A DNA stretch of 64,000 nt from Octopus vulgaris (taxonomy: Eukaryota): contig OX597831.1 of assembly GCA_951406725.2 (NCBI GenBank), positions 56,234,001 to 56,298,000 on the forward strand, in the 5' to 3' direction. Position 1 is the stretch's first letter; each line of letters begins with the position of its first letter. A program made the position numbers and the translations under genes. Of the stretch, positions 11,701-23,340 are shown in pieces. A model generated the notes under the pieces. It ran no database searches. It had not been told where the DNA came from and saw only the letters and a list, made by a program, of their open reading frames with translations.

Positions 11701-12640
11701 GTCAAATCAAGTGAAATCGCAATCATGGCCAATGCCAGTGTTGTGTAACAGGCACTCATGCTGGTGGCATGTAAAAGACACCATTTGAATGTTGAATATG
11801 CTGTGCTTGAGAAGACCCGTCAAGCCAAGTGAAATCGTAGTTGTGGCTGATGCCAGTATCGCATACCTGGCTACCATGCCAATGGCATGTAAAAAGCACC
11901 CTTCAAACTTTGGGCCTCACAGAGGCAGTGACAAATGACTGAGACCTTTGACAATATACTGTGCTTGTAGAAGACCTGTCAAGCCAGGTGAGATCAGTCA
12001 TGGCCGATGCCAGTGTTTCGTAACTGACATGTAAAAAGCACTCATTATACTATTGGAGTGGTTGGCATTCAACTGTAGAAACCTGGTGCAGCTTACCAGT
12101 TTTCAGTCAAATCATCCAACCCATGCCAGCATGGAAAATAGACATAGAATGATGATAACATCAAACCTACTATCTCAGAAGGAACTATCTTGACTTGCCG
12201 GGTCTTCTCAATCACAGCATATCTCCAAAGGTCTCAGTCATTTGTCATTGCCTCTGTGAGGCCCAACATTCGAAGGTCATGCTTCACCACCTCATCCCAT
12301 GTCTTCCTGAGTCTACCTCTTCCACAAATTCCTTCCACTGTTAGAGTGTGACACTACTTCACACAGCTGTCCTCATCCATACGCAGCACATGACCATACC
12401 AGCACAGTCGTCTCTCTTGCACACCACATCTGATGCTTCTTATGTTCAACTTTTCTCTCAGGGCACTTACACTCTGTCGTATGTGCACACTGATATTACA
12501 CATCTAGTGGGCCACACTAGCTTCATTTCTTCCTGTCCTCAGCAGTCACAGCCCATGTTTCACTGCTATGTAGCATGGCTGTTCGCACACATGCATCATA
12601 CACTCTGAGTGAAAGGCCCTTTGTTACCAGCAGAGTACCA
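11700..12640. mobile_element. Two RTE-like LINE 3' fragments in opposite orientation (+ about 11700-12155, - about 12190-12640)
   Basis: Shared TGCTGTGCTTGAGAAGACC / TCACAGAGGCAATGACAAATGAC blocks appear forward and as reverse complement. Confidence 0.68.
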
Positions 12641-13334
12641 TTCCATTTCCATGTGTCACTTTTTTCCATTCACAAGTCTTGCTTGTACTTCACAAATAGT
12701 CTTAAGAAACACTCCTTTCCTATGTTATAAGTTTGGGAGCATCATCAGCTGTTCAATGCATCTAATTGAGTTTATAGTTAGAGTTTCCTACTTATATTGT
12801 AAAGTATATTGTGTGTTGGGAGAGATCTTAGTCTTAAAACATGTGATCCCTATTTTAAAGATAGTAGGCACATGCAGGGCTGTGTAGTTGTGGGTCCCAT
12901 CCCACTGCATTACATCCTTATAACTTCTACTACAACCTCAGGCTGCTTTGTGAATAGAATTTAGTGGTTATGTAGTTAAAAAATTCTCTTCACAAGCAAG
13001 AGATTTGAAGCTTGTGGCACTTCAGGAAAATGTATGTATGTGTTTGTGCTCACATTTTTGTGTTGACACTATTTGATGTTGTTTGTTTAGGTCCTACATA
13101 AACAATAGAACCCACAACTCAGCAGTCAGTTCAACATAGAGGATAATCGAATATAGTAACTTACATGTAAACAAGTAATTATTGGTGGTATCTAGCTGTA
13201 AAATACTGCTGTAAGAAATCTCATCCAAAACAAGCCAGTGAGGTAAAAGTAGATGTAAAAGCTATGACAATACATGTCCAGAAACAAACACTCATAAATA
13301 CGTTAGACTCAAAATCAAAATTATTTTCCATATC

Positions 13335-13340
13335 TTTATT
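13335..13340 (-). promoter_or_regulatory. Candidate KTI12 polyadenylation signal AATAAA
   Basis: AATAAA 40 nt downstream of the KTI12 stop codon. Distal sites cannot be excluded. Confidence 0.5.
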
Positions 13341-13379
13341 CAAAAAATAATAAATTTTAAAAATATAAATATATTATTG

Positions 13380-13523
13380 TCAACTAATATAACTATTAAG
13401 ATATGATACAAACATACAAGAAAGTTTCTTCGTATCTTCAACAGGATGCATTTTTGTGTAAGTAATAAACTGTCGTCTGTACCGCTGTAGTTCTGATAAT
13501 GGTAGGTGACGATTAAATACTAT
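13380..13523 (-). CDS. KTI12: KTI12 terminal exon (C-terminal tRNA-binding region)
   Basis: IVFNRHLPLSELQRYRRQFITYTKMHPVEDTKKLSCMFVSYLNSYIS* matches 'ELSRLRRQFISYTKMHP...MFLQYL'. Stop TGA at 13382-13380. Confidence 0.95.
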   Translation of the reverse strand: MVFNRHLPLSELQRYRRQFITYTKMHPVEDTKKLSCMFVSYLNSYIS

Positions 13524-14574
13524 CTGGATTGTTAAGGAATTTAATAATCACTATAATATTTAATCTTCAGTAAATAGCAATAACACACAGATCAAAAGAA
13601 TATGATAATTGCAAGAAAACAATCAAATTATGTAGAGAGAGAGAGACTAGGAAGTAAATAAATTCTGATTAATATGTTCCAGATAAAAATTTTAAAAAGG
13701 GACCAACTAAAGAATTCATCTCAGTGTAATTTAAGGCTCTTTTGAATATACTAGAGTGGTTTTCTATTACTTTGTCCAATCACGAGGAAAAATCGAAGCT
13801 CTGCAAGTCATCAATTATAAAATACTTCTGCATAAGGTGCTTATTTACAGATACATAAACTAGTCATGTCTTTTTGCAACACAGGTGATGGGAAGTGAAA
13901 CACTATATTTACGTAATAGTGTCTAAGATATACATCTTTTCTAAAATAATGTCTTCAAAAAAAAAAAAAAACACCCTGAGTCCCACAAATTAATTTTGTC
14001 CCCAACACTGGATATGTACAGCTGATATTGGGGTGCATCTTTTTTGCTTATGTATCTTTCATGTCATCAAATCTAATACTGACTTTTTAGCAACTGTAGT
14101 AGAGAAAGCACTATGAGGTTCAACAAAAGGAAGATTTTAGTCCAATAACATGATTTTTCAGAATAATCTTCAACACAAGTTGAAAACACATAAACATACA
14201 TCCCATCTTTATATAATTTACCTTCTAAATAGTCTGCAATGGTAAACAACTACACAATGTGTTCTTCCCATAGAGGATGCTGGTTCAGTCAGATTCCATT
14301 TTTTTACTAAAACAAATGGATGGATAAGTTTCTTCCCACAAATCCATCATGTACATGCATGTATGTGTGTGTGTGTGTGTGTGCACATGGTACAGGCATG
14401 GCTGTGTGGTATTGCAGTTCCCTTTATAACCATGTGGGTTCAAGTTCCATCCCACTGCATGGAACTTTGGCCATGTGTCAAGATTCTTCTAATGTAGCTT
14501 TAAGCCTACCAATGTCTTGTGAGTGAAACTGGTAAATAAAAAACAGTATAAAAGTCTATCAGATATATATATAT

Positions 14575-14975
14575 AGGCGCAGGAGTGGCTGTGTGGTAAG
14601 TAGCTTGCTTACCAACCACATGGTTCTGGGTTCAGTCCTGCTGCGTGGCATCTTGGGCAAGTGTCTTCTGCTATAGCCTCGGGCCGACCAATGCCTTGTG
14701 AGTGGATTTGGTAGACGGAAACTGAAAGAAGCCTGTCGTATATATGTATACATGTGTATGTATGTGTGTATATGTTTGTGTGTCTGTGTTTGTCCCCCTA
14801 GCATTGCTTGACAACCGATGCTGGTGTGTTTATGTCCCCGTCACTTAGCGGTTCGGCAAAAGAGACTGATAGAATAAGTACTGGGCTTACAAAGAATAAG
14901 TCCCGGGGTTGATTTGCTCGACTAAAGGCGGTGCTCCAGCATGGCCGCAGTCAAATGACTGAAACAAGAGAAAGA
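14575..14975 (+). mobile_element. tRNA-derived CORE-like SINE, family A, full length (inside the U12 intron)
   Basis: Head AGGCGCAGGAGTGGCTGTGTGGTAAG, B-box GGGTTCAGTCC, CORE-like CTTGGGCAAGTGTCTT, internal microsatellite and a GACTGAAACAAG tail. More than ten further copies in both orientations. Confidence 0.9.
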
Positions 14976-15169
14976 GAGAAAGAGATATGCACACACACAG
15001 ACACTGTGTGTACATGTCTTTGTCCATGGATGTGCTCACATGACTATTTCTGCATCTTCATACTGACACCTTGTAACAAGAATACTGGGTTTACGTTTCC
15101 AGTAAATGATACATTTTGTAGCTCAATGATTACAGCATAATGAAGTTCAGCAGAATAAAAATATTTTAA

Positions 15170-15388
15170 CCCTTTAGCATTCAGATTGCTTTATCAACTG
15201 TAATGCTTAATTAATCACATTGTTTTTAATTAATAATCTATTATCCCACAACTTTTTTTTGAAGATCTGGTTGTATATATTATTAGAATGATATTGTAGG
15301 ATAGGTGTGAGAGGCAGGATCTGGCCAGTTTGAACATAAAACAGGTAGAATTTTGGGGCCAGATATGGCCTGTTTAAATGCTAAAGGA
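15170..15388 (-). mobile_element. piggyBac-type MITE (about 220 bp)
   Basis: TTAA on both sides and CCCTTTAGCATT termini. Confidence 0.85.
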
Positions 15389-15852
15389 TTAAATAAATTG
15401 ATAATGGTTGTTGACAAGAACAGCTTGGTGTATATTATCTTGATAAGTCTCATCCAACACATGCCACTATGGAAAAAGCAGGCAAAAAACAACTATCATA
15501 TACATTTGTATATGCAAGTGTGTCTATACTAGCATAAACTCCTGGTATTTACTCCCTCCAAAGAGTGTATGTATGTATACTAGTAATGTGTATATAATGT
15601 ATATAGTGATGTGAATATACTTGTATAAACTCCTTGTGTTATTTAATCTTTAAAAGAAGGTAACTCTCTAAAAGAAAATAGCTCAATAAGTAAACACGGC
15701 CATTTAATAAACGAGTATCTAAGTACTGTGATCAATATTACCATGTGGCCATGCAGGCGCACAAACTTCAAAACTCTTGAGGTCATGCTCCAGCTTGGCC
15801 ACAGTTCACTGACTGAAACCAACAAAAAATGATTAAAACAGAAAAAGGATAC

Positions 15853-15921
15853 TTTCTCTTCCACTCCTGGAATAGTAAATTGATCTCCTGGGACACTCGA
15901 ACTCTGAGCTTGCATAATTGT
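15853..15921 (-). CDS. KTI12: KTI12 penultimate exon
   Basis: ttttttccatcAG acceptor, GTATCCTTT donor. TIMQAQSSSVPGDQFTIPGVEEK matches 'LMEAQKSAVPGDLLTLPG'. 69 nt. Confidence 0.92.
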
Positions 15922-16204
15922 CTGATGGAAAAAATAAAAAGAGAACTGCTTAGATTGAATGCAATGACATATACTACAATTAAAATGACATACATCACCA
16001 TTGTTTAACGTCCGTTTTCCATGCTGGCATGGGTTGGACAGTTTGACTGAGGTCTGGAGAGCCAGCGGCTGCACCCGGCTCCAATTTGATCTGGCAATGT
16101 TTCTACAGCTGCATGCTCTTCCTAACGCGAACCATCCTGAGAGTATAGTGGGTGCTTTTTACGTACCACCAGCACAGGAGCAAGTCAGGGAGTACCGGCA
16201 TCGG

Positions 16205-16830
16205 CAACATTCAGATGGTGCTCTTTTGTGCCACTGGCACGGGAGCTAGTTAGAGGGTACTGGCATTGGCCACGTTCAGATGGTGCTTTTTATGTGCCCT
16301 TGGCATGGGAGCTAGTTAGAGGGTACTGGCACTGGCCACGTTCAGATGGTGCTTTTTATGTGCCACTGGCACGGGAGCTAGTTAGAGGGTACTGGCATTG
16401 GCCACATTCAGATGGTGCTTTTTATGTGCCACTGGCACGGGAGCTAGTTAGAGGGTACTGGCATTGGCCACGTTCAGATGGTGCTTTTTATGTGCCACTG
16501 GCACGGGAGCTAGTTAGAGGGTACTGGCATTGGCCACATTCAGATGGTGCTTTTTATGTGCCACTGGCACGGGAGCTAGTTAGAGGGTACTGGCATTGGC
16601 CACGTTCAGATGGTGCTTTTTATGTGCCACTGGCACGGGAGCTAGTTAGAGGGTACTGGCATTGGCCCCGTTCAGATGGTGCTTTTTATGTGCCACCAGC
16701 ATGGGGGCCAGTCAGGCAGTCCTGGCACTAATCACATTTGGATAGTGCCTTTTATGTGACACCAGTATGGGAGCCAGTCAGTGAGTACTGGCATTGGCCA
16801 TGTTCGGTTGATGCTTTTTACGTGCCACCA
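16205..16830. repeat. 66-bp minisatellite inside a LINE 3' UTR fragment (about 15995-16835)
   Basis: The unit motif TCAGATGGTGC starts at 16211, 16276, 16342, 16408, 16474, 16540, 16606 and 16672, followed by diverged units. Confidence 0.95.
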
Positions 16831-16894
16831 GCACCACAAATAAAATTATATATACCACAAATTATGAACATTAAAAAGTAAAATTTCTACTTAC

Positions 16895-16957
16895 TTTTAT
16901 TGTAGTATTTGTCACACAATCAAGATCATAGAGAAAATTTGTTGATGACAAAGGTTG
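16895..16957 (-). CDS. KTI12: KTI12 exon
   Basis: tttcttttcAG acceptor, GTAAGT donor. QPLSSTNFLYDLDCVTNTTIK matches 'QPLASGSFLHQLDQVT'. 63 nt. Confidence 0.92.
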
Positions 16958-17211
16958 CTGAAAAGAAATGAAAAGTGACAATGAAAATATTAATAAACAA
17001 ACTGAGGGGAAAAAAGTATTTTTCACTATATAGAAATGGGAAGCAAAGATAGAAAAACTAATATTTATAACTGATATAATTAGTATAAAATATTTTCAGT
17101 AAATGAGAAATTTGATTTCAACATCAAAAATTCTTATTAGATCTAGACAGTATAACCACATTATTAGATTAAAAATTAACATACTTCAATAAGATCTTTA
17201 ATAAAAAAAAA

Positions 17212-17246
<35 letters not shown>

Positions 17247-17260
17247 TTAAAAAGAAAGAT

Positions 17261-17434
17261 TTAACTCTTTTGCTACCACATTTCTGTTGAAAATTATTAC
17301 CTTTGAAGAGGTTAGTAAAATAACTGTTATTATTAAGCTGGTGCTTGGACTATAAATTAACATAAAATTTCGATGGAAAGTGTACCTCATTCAAGCAAGA
17401 GCAGCATCAGGTCGTTTGGTAGCCGAAGAGTTAA
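17261..17434. mobile_element. Second TTAA-bounded MITE family (related copies about 41297-41462 and 55740-56830)
   Basis: TTAACTCTTTTGCTACC ... GGTAGCCGAAGAGTTAA inverted termini, and a shared internal TTATTAAGCTG block. Confidence 0.7.
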
Positions 17435-17660
17435 ATTAGTATGAGAAGAAGAACTAGTAGTAAATGGTGCAAATGTAAGGACACAGAATATGTAAAAGCT
17501 TATCATGATTGACTTATAACAGTCACATGTCTGTTGAGTTGAAATAAATAAACACAAAATACAACTACAGACAGGAAAATGCAGAACAAAACAAATTTAA
17601 TGCAATAGGTTTGGAACAAAGAAGAGGATTGAACAAATTCTTCAATGAATCAAGACTTAC

Positions 17661-17820
17661 TGATTGTGTTGACATATTTGGAGGTGGAGCCTTTCGAGAA
17701 AATAGAGCATCTGCAATTTTCTGCTTTGGTAATTCATCTCCTTTTTGAATCACAAATAAAGGACTATCCCATCGAGTCTGAGAACTGGGCATTTCCAAAC
17801 ATTGAGCAAGTTGTTCAAGT
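17661..17820 (-). CDS. KTI12: KTI12 exon (ExP...RWDSPLF motif)
   Basis: tttcAG acceptor, GTAAGT donor. LEQLAQCLEMPSSQTRWDSPLFVIQKGDELPKQKIADALFSRKAPPPNMSTQS. Confidence 0.95.
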
Positions 17821-18021
17821 CTGAAATTATGTTACATAAAAGATGTTGTATGTATATGTGTGTATATATAATTATTAACATTCTAACAGTAATATTTTCT
17901 GGATAATAGATTAGATGAGGAACTCTGCCATAGCTGGTCCCAAGCCTAGTTGAGAAAGGAAGAGAGTAATAGGAGTAAAGTTAACAGCCCTGCACTATCA
18001 ATATTCTACATCACTATTGCG

Positions 18022-18333
18022 TGGAGGCGCAATGGCCCAGTGGTTAGGGCAGTGAACTCGCAGTCGTACGATCATGGTTTCAATTCCCAGACCGGGCATT
18101 GTGAGTGTTTATTGAGCGAAAACACCTAAAGCTCCACGAGGCTCCAGCAGGGGGTGGTGGTGAACCCTGCTGTACTCTTTCAACACAACTTTCTCTCACT
18201 CTTTCTTCCTGTTTCTGTTGTACCTGTATTTCAAAGGGCCAGCCTTGCCACACTCTGTGTCACGCTGAATCTCCCCGAGAACTACATTAAGGGTACACGT
18301 GTCTGTGGAGTGCTCAGCCACTTGCACGTTAAT
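18022..18333 (+). mobile_element. tRNA-derived SINE family B, 3'-truncated
   Basis: Reverse complement of most of 3541-3910. Confidence 0.85.
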
Positions 18334-20109
18334 AAATGAGCTGCAACGTCACTGGTGCAAAACTGTATTGGGGAGGCTGGTATGCGTGGGCGACTGCTGG
18401 TCCTCCATAAACAACCTTGCCCAGACTTGTGCCTCGGAGGCTAACTCTCTAGGTGCAATGCCGTCACAACAACTATTGAAACATCAACAAAGAAGCCTGA
18501 GACTGGTCCTGGTAAGGGAGAGGTCTCAGAGACTGCATATGAAGCAACGAACTGAAAGTTGAAAGGGAGAAGCACTGGCAGATGGGAGCTCTTGTTGGCA
18601 CCCTATGAGAAGGAAGGGAGGTAGATTGATGTAAAGGTCTAAGAGTATTTAGTCATGTGCTTCTACATACAGAACACAAATAATGCAAGCATCGGTTTTG
18701 TTATTTATCCATCCAGGGTCTATAAAATAACACCATATATACTGCCATCAAGTCATCACTCCAACTACATATTAATTATTAGTTAATAAAAAGAATACAT
18801 ACAATCAAGATAATTATGTCCTGTAGCCAACAGGATCATTGTGAAATCAGTAAATATTATGTCTTCTATGAAGTGATTTCAGCGAGGATACAATGAAATA
18901 CCTTCTCAGGTCACTCAGATTACAAATAAAATATTAATCAAGTTAGTAGTTATCATATTAACTCCCACCAGAGAATTATACTGGCTCATCATATCTATTC
19001 CCAGGCAGATAAGCTGAGACTGAGAATCATGCTTTGCCAGTTCGACAGCAGAGACAGGACATGAGTGGATGAATTCAATAGGCTTCGTTGATATATATCA
19101 TCATTGACATTGGCACCATCATCATCACCACCACCATCATCATTGCTTTAATGGCCAGATGCCCCTCCTGTTGTCAACCGAGATTTAGTAGTAGCCCTCA
19201 GCAACTACAACTACTACATATCTTATTAACTTACATCAGTCACCACACTGTGAATAGTGCATTCATTTTGCCACAAGCACATAAACAGTAAACTATTTCT
19301 AGACATATATACACTATCTATGAAAATAATCAACATTTAGAGAAGCTTAGTCTGTGAACTATTTGTAAATCTATCTGAAACTTTAGCAGAATTGGAGAAG
19401 AAATTCCAGGTATGGAAGCAAAACCTGGAATCAAAAAGGCCTTAAGTTAACCTAACAAAGACCAAAGTTGTTGTTAGTAAGAAAGAAGATAAGACTCTCT
19501 TTCCATCAGATAAATGGCTATGCTCAATATGTAGGAAAGGAGTTGGAAGTAACTCCATTCGCTGCACCCAGTGTAAGCTATGGACACATAAGAGGTGCAG
19601 TGGAATCACAAGTAAATTAACAGATAAAGTCGTCTTCGTATGTGGAAGATGTGCAAGAACAATAAGCACTAAGAGCACATGGGACTTAGATTCTCTCAAA
19701 TCTTGAGGTTGTAGATAATTTCTGTTACCTACGTGACCAAATTAGCAATGGTGGACATCACAATAAATTGTTGTTGACAAAGAACCGCAGAAATTGTATT
19801 CACCTCAATAGATGTCATTGATTGGTCGAAATTGCCGAAATGCAAGAAATTTAACAAAAAATAGCTTACAAACTACAGAATTTTCTCAAGAAAGCCAAGA
19901 GAAAAAAATGTTTTATGTAACACATTTTACCAGTATATGAAGTTTAAAAGTGCTTAGTTACAAAGAAATTATTATAAAAATCTGCTGGTCAAAGTGAAAA
20001 GATTCCATAATTTATGATAGCAATTAACATTTGTGCCTTATCAACCATTAGGACATAATGCCAGTATATTTCTCAACAAATTACTAAGAATATTAATCGC
20101 ATCACTTAC

Positions 20110-20189
20110 ATGTCTTCAGAATACTGTTCCGATTCTAGCCTATTCTTGTTCCATTCACTGCACTGTTGCAGGTTAGCTGCACAGTACAC
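20110..20189 (-). CDS. KTI12: KTI12 exon
   Basis: ttttaatgtAG acceptor, GTAAGT donor. VYCAANLQQCSEWNKNRLESEQYSED(I) carries the family 'WN..R' motif. 80 nt, phases 0 and 2. Confidence 0.9.
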
Positions 20190-20647
20190 CTACATTAAAA
20201 AATATCAATAATTAAGAAATGAGTCCACAGTACAAATGGAAACTGTTAAATCAAACTAACAACCAGGAAATTTCATATTAGTCTTTAATCTCCTAATATA
20301 ATAATGACCATAGTGTTTATATATATATATATATTTGTCCAAATCACACAGTAGGAGTGACTGGTGAAGGGAGAGGAGAGAAAATAGTAATTCAGTGAAG
20401 GAAAAGTAGTGAGAGTAACAGCGATGACTGAAAGAGAGTGAGAGAAAGTAATAGCAATGGGAGAGAGGAAGTGGCAAAGAGAGCATCTACTATAATAATA
20501 CTCTTGTATATTTCTCCATCACAGCATATGAAAGAGAAAGGAAGGGGTGATCCACTGATGGAAGTGGGATGGTAAAAAGTCAACGGTGAAACAAAAATCA
20601 AACAGCACTTCAGCTCAGTGTGTGCATGTAAAAGGGAGAAATGTGAA

Positions 20648-20651
<4 letters not shown>

Positions 20652-20714
<63 letters not shown>
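20652..20714. repeat. (TG)n microsatellite, representative of many (TA)n, (CA)n, (GA)n and (AAT)n tracts
   Basis: Uninterrupted TG run of about 30 units. Confidence 0.95.
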
Positions 20715-20716
<2 letters not shown>

Positions 20717-20842
20717 ATTTGAGTAAAATATATTTATATATTTGAGTGAGTGTATATGTATTTGTGTATGTTTATTTAGAAAGAGACATAGAAAATAGAA
20801 TTACAGACACATGCACATTTACACATACATATATATATATAT

Positions 20843-21569
20843 ATTACATAGAAAAATGCAAACAAGAGAAATAATATCCTTAATATTATAAACCTGGAAA
20901 AGTACAAGACAAGTTATTACACTTGGTAAAGTTCAGGACAAGTTATTACATCTGGTAAAGTACACGAAGAAGAAAATTTTTACTTAAAATATTGCAGCTG
21001 AGGATAAAATTTTAAATTAAATATTTAGATTTAGAAAATATTAGCTTTTATTAAAGCTAAAAATTTTATTACAAGTTATTACTTTTATTTGTTATTACTT
21101 GTTACTTCTATTAAAAATTAAAAATAACTCAAAATATTTTTTGCACTTAATTTGCTTGAGTTATTGTCTAAGTTATTGCCAAGTCTTCACATTTTTAGTC
21201 TTGACCCAATGCTTATTTTTTACATAATGAATTTGCCTACCATATATACTATTCTACTTTGCATAAAACTTTAACCATATTGGTACTTCTGGCTCTCATT
21301 TTTTAAGTATATTAGTGTGTCAATATTTTAATAAAATGATGGTACCTTTTTTAATTACAATGTTACTTTGTTAATTTAAATCAAATCATTTTTAATATTC
21401 AAATTTCATCCTTAGCTGCAATATTTTAAGCAAAAGTTTTCTTGTTCTGTACATTACCAGATATAATAATTTGTCCTGAACTTTTCCAAGTGTAATAACT
21501 TTTCCTGTACTTTTCCAGATTTATAATCTTAAGAATATCATTTCTCTTGCTCACATTTTTCCATGTAAT
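20843..21569. mobile_element. Non-autonomous DNA element with about 180-bp terminal inverted repeats
   Basis: ATTACATAGAAAAATG... pairs with ...CATTTTTCCATGTAAT. Both arms carry about 28-bp subrepeats (GGACAAGTTATTACA.CTGGTAAAGT). Confidence 0.75.
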
Positions 21570-23154
21570 CCATGGTTTTTCTAGGCTATACTATAATGCT
21601 ACTTAATAATGTGTCAATTAATAATTTAAGATTTTACCTTATTGAAAATTGAATAATAAATTTAAACTGTGTGTGTGTGTGTGAGAGAGAGAGAACGAAA
21701 GAGAGAGAAGTAGAAAGAGAGAGAGAGAGGTGTGTGTGTTGTTGTTGTGTGTGCGTGTAAGAGGGAGAGAGTGACAGCATGCATTTTTTATTTATTTCTC
21801 CTCGCATCTTTTTTGAGTTAAGTGTGTGAGTGATTGACTGAGAGAGAGGTGTGTTGTCAGAGAGAGAGAAAGAGAAAGTGTGTTGCTCTGTGTGTGTGTG
21901 TGTGTGTGTGTGTGACAGATAGAGAAAGAAGAGAGAGAGAGAGAGTGATAGCATAAATTTTATTTACTTTTACTCATATGTTTTTTAGTACATGTTTGAC
22001 TGAGAGAGGTGCGTCTTGCTCTGTGTGTGAGAGTGAGAGTGAGAGTGTAAATTTTTTATTTATTCAATTTTTCTTGCATCTTTTTTTTAGATTGACTGAG
22101 AGAGAGAAAGAGAGGTGTTGTCATGTATGTGTAAAATGGCTAGGGTCAGTCACGTACACACACACACACACAAACACAAACACATACACATACGTACACC
22201 CATTATCTATCATATACACGTACATGCATAAATAGATATGCATACATGTTTTTATATGTGTGCATGTGAGGGAGAGAAAAAGTCAGTCACTGAGTGAAAG
22301 CGTGTGTTCTCATGGCAATTTTTTTTTGCATGTATGTATAAGTAGCTAAGTAAAGTTTATGCTATCTCTCTCTCTCTCTCTCTCTATCTTTCTCACAGAC
22401 CTTCTCTCTCTCTCTCTCAGTCAATCACTCTCACATTCACTGAAAAAAGATGTAAGAAAAAATAAACAAAAGATGTAAGCTGTCACTCTCTCTCACATAT
22501 AGACACTTTCTGTCTCACACCCCCAATCAACATATACACATATCCATTTCCTCTCTCTTTCACTTTATGCTGACTTCAAACAAAATGTAAATTTCCACTC
22601 ACAAAAATAAATAAATACAAATTTTTTACAGAATTTACCAAACGCCATAAGGTAACAGCTGAGCTGTGCACACACATCTTCAAGCTAAAACAAAAGATTG
22701 TCAAAATGGCTAGGCTATTGCCAAAATTTCTAAATATTTTTATTCTTTTTATTTTTATGATATAATTGCATTAATTAATTAATAATGATGACGTAATTAA
22801 ACTAATTGCAAATTAGCGGTGTCATTGATAATTTTTTCTTTACCTCAATGATGCCGGTGACATATATTAAAAGTCCTCTTATAGAACTATATTCATAAAA
22901 CAGTATAGAACTATATTAACACCACCAAACATTACCAGATCAGACTGGGCCTGGTGCAGCCTCCTGGCTTCCCAGACCCCAGTTGCACCATCCAACCCAT
23001 GCCAGCATGGAAAGCGGACGCTAAACGATGATGATGATGATGATGAAATATGAGAAACAAACACTGATAACTTTTTCTTTTAAAACTTCATTGCATGAGA
23101 TTGATACCATGAAATTCCTCAAACTAAGCTCTATCATTTAAGCTTAATTAAAAC

Positions 23155-23340
23155 ATCGGGCAAAAGGGACGCTGCTTGGCTGACCAGTTCGCGGAACACC
23201 TCCGAGACATTCGACTCGGCAATGACACCCCGGTCTCGCGCCATTTCTGCTCTACCTGTCTGTGTTCGGATTGTCCTTGCACAGGGGCCATCCAGACTCC
23301 CGTTTTCACCATGAACAGGGATTAATCTTCTCTCTTCGCT
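23155..23340 (+). mobile_element. Penelope-like GIY-YIG endonuclease fragment
   Basis: IGQKGRCLADQFAEHLRDIRLGNDTPVSRHF...VFGL...EQGLIFSL matches the 'YIGQT.R.L..RF.EH...PV..HF...EQ.LI..L' pattern. Confidence 0.8.

Larger units (their letters stand above)
13524..15852 (-). other. U12-type (minor spliceosome) GT-AG intron, last intron of KTI12
   Basis: 5' end GTATCCTTTTT (15852 downward). Branch sequence TTCCTTAAC at 13539-13531 followed directly by AATCCAG, with no polypyrimidine tract. Flanking exons join in frame. Confidence 0.92.

Noticed and set aside
16228-16731. 167-aa ORF of 22-residue repeats, and a superficial CRISPR-like periodicity
   Set aside because: The open frame is a by-product of a stop-free 66-bp unit. 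Units are contiguous with no unique spacers, the context is eukaryotic and there are no cas genes.
18022-18095. tRNA-like sequence with A and B boxes (also 3840-3910 and 14575-14650)
   Set aside because: These are SINE heads continuing into repeat bodies, with no complete cloverleaf.
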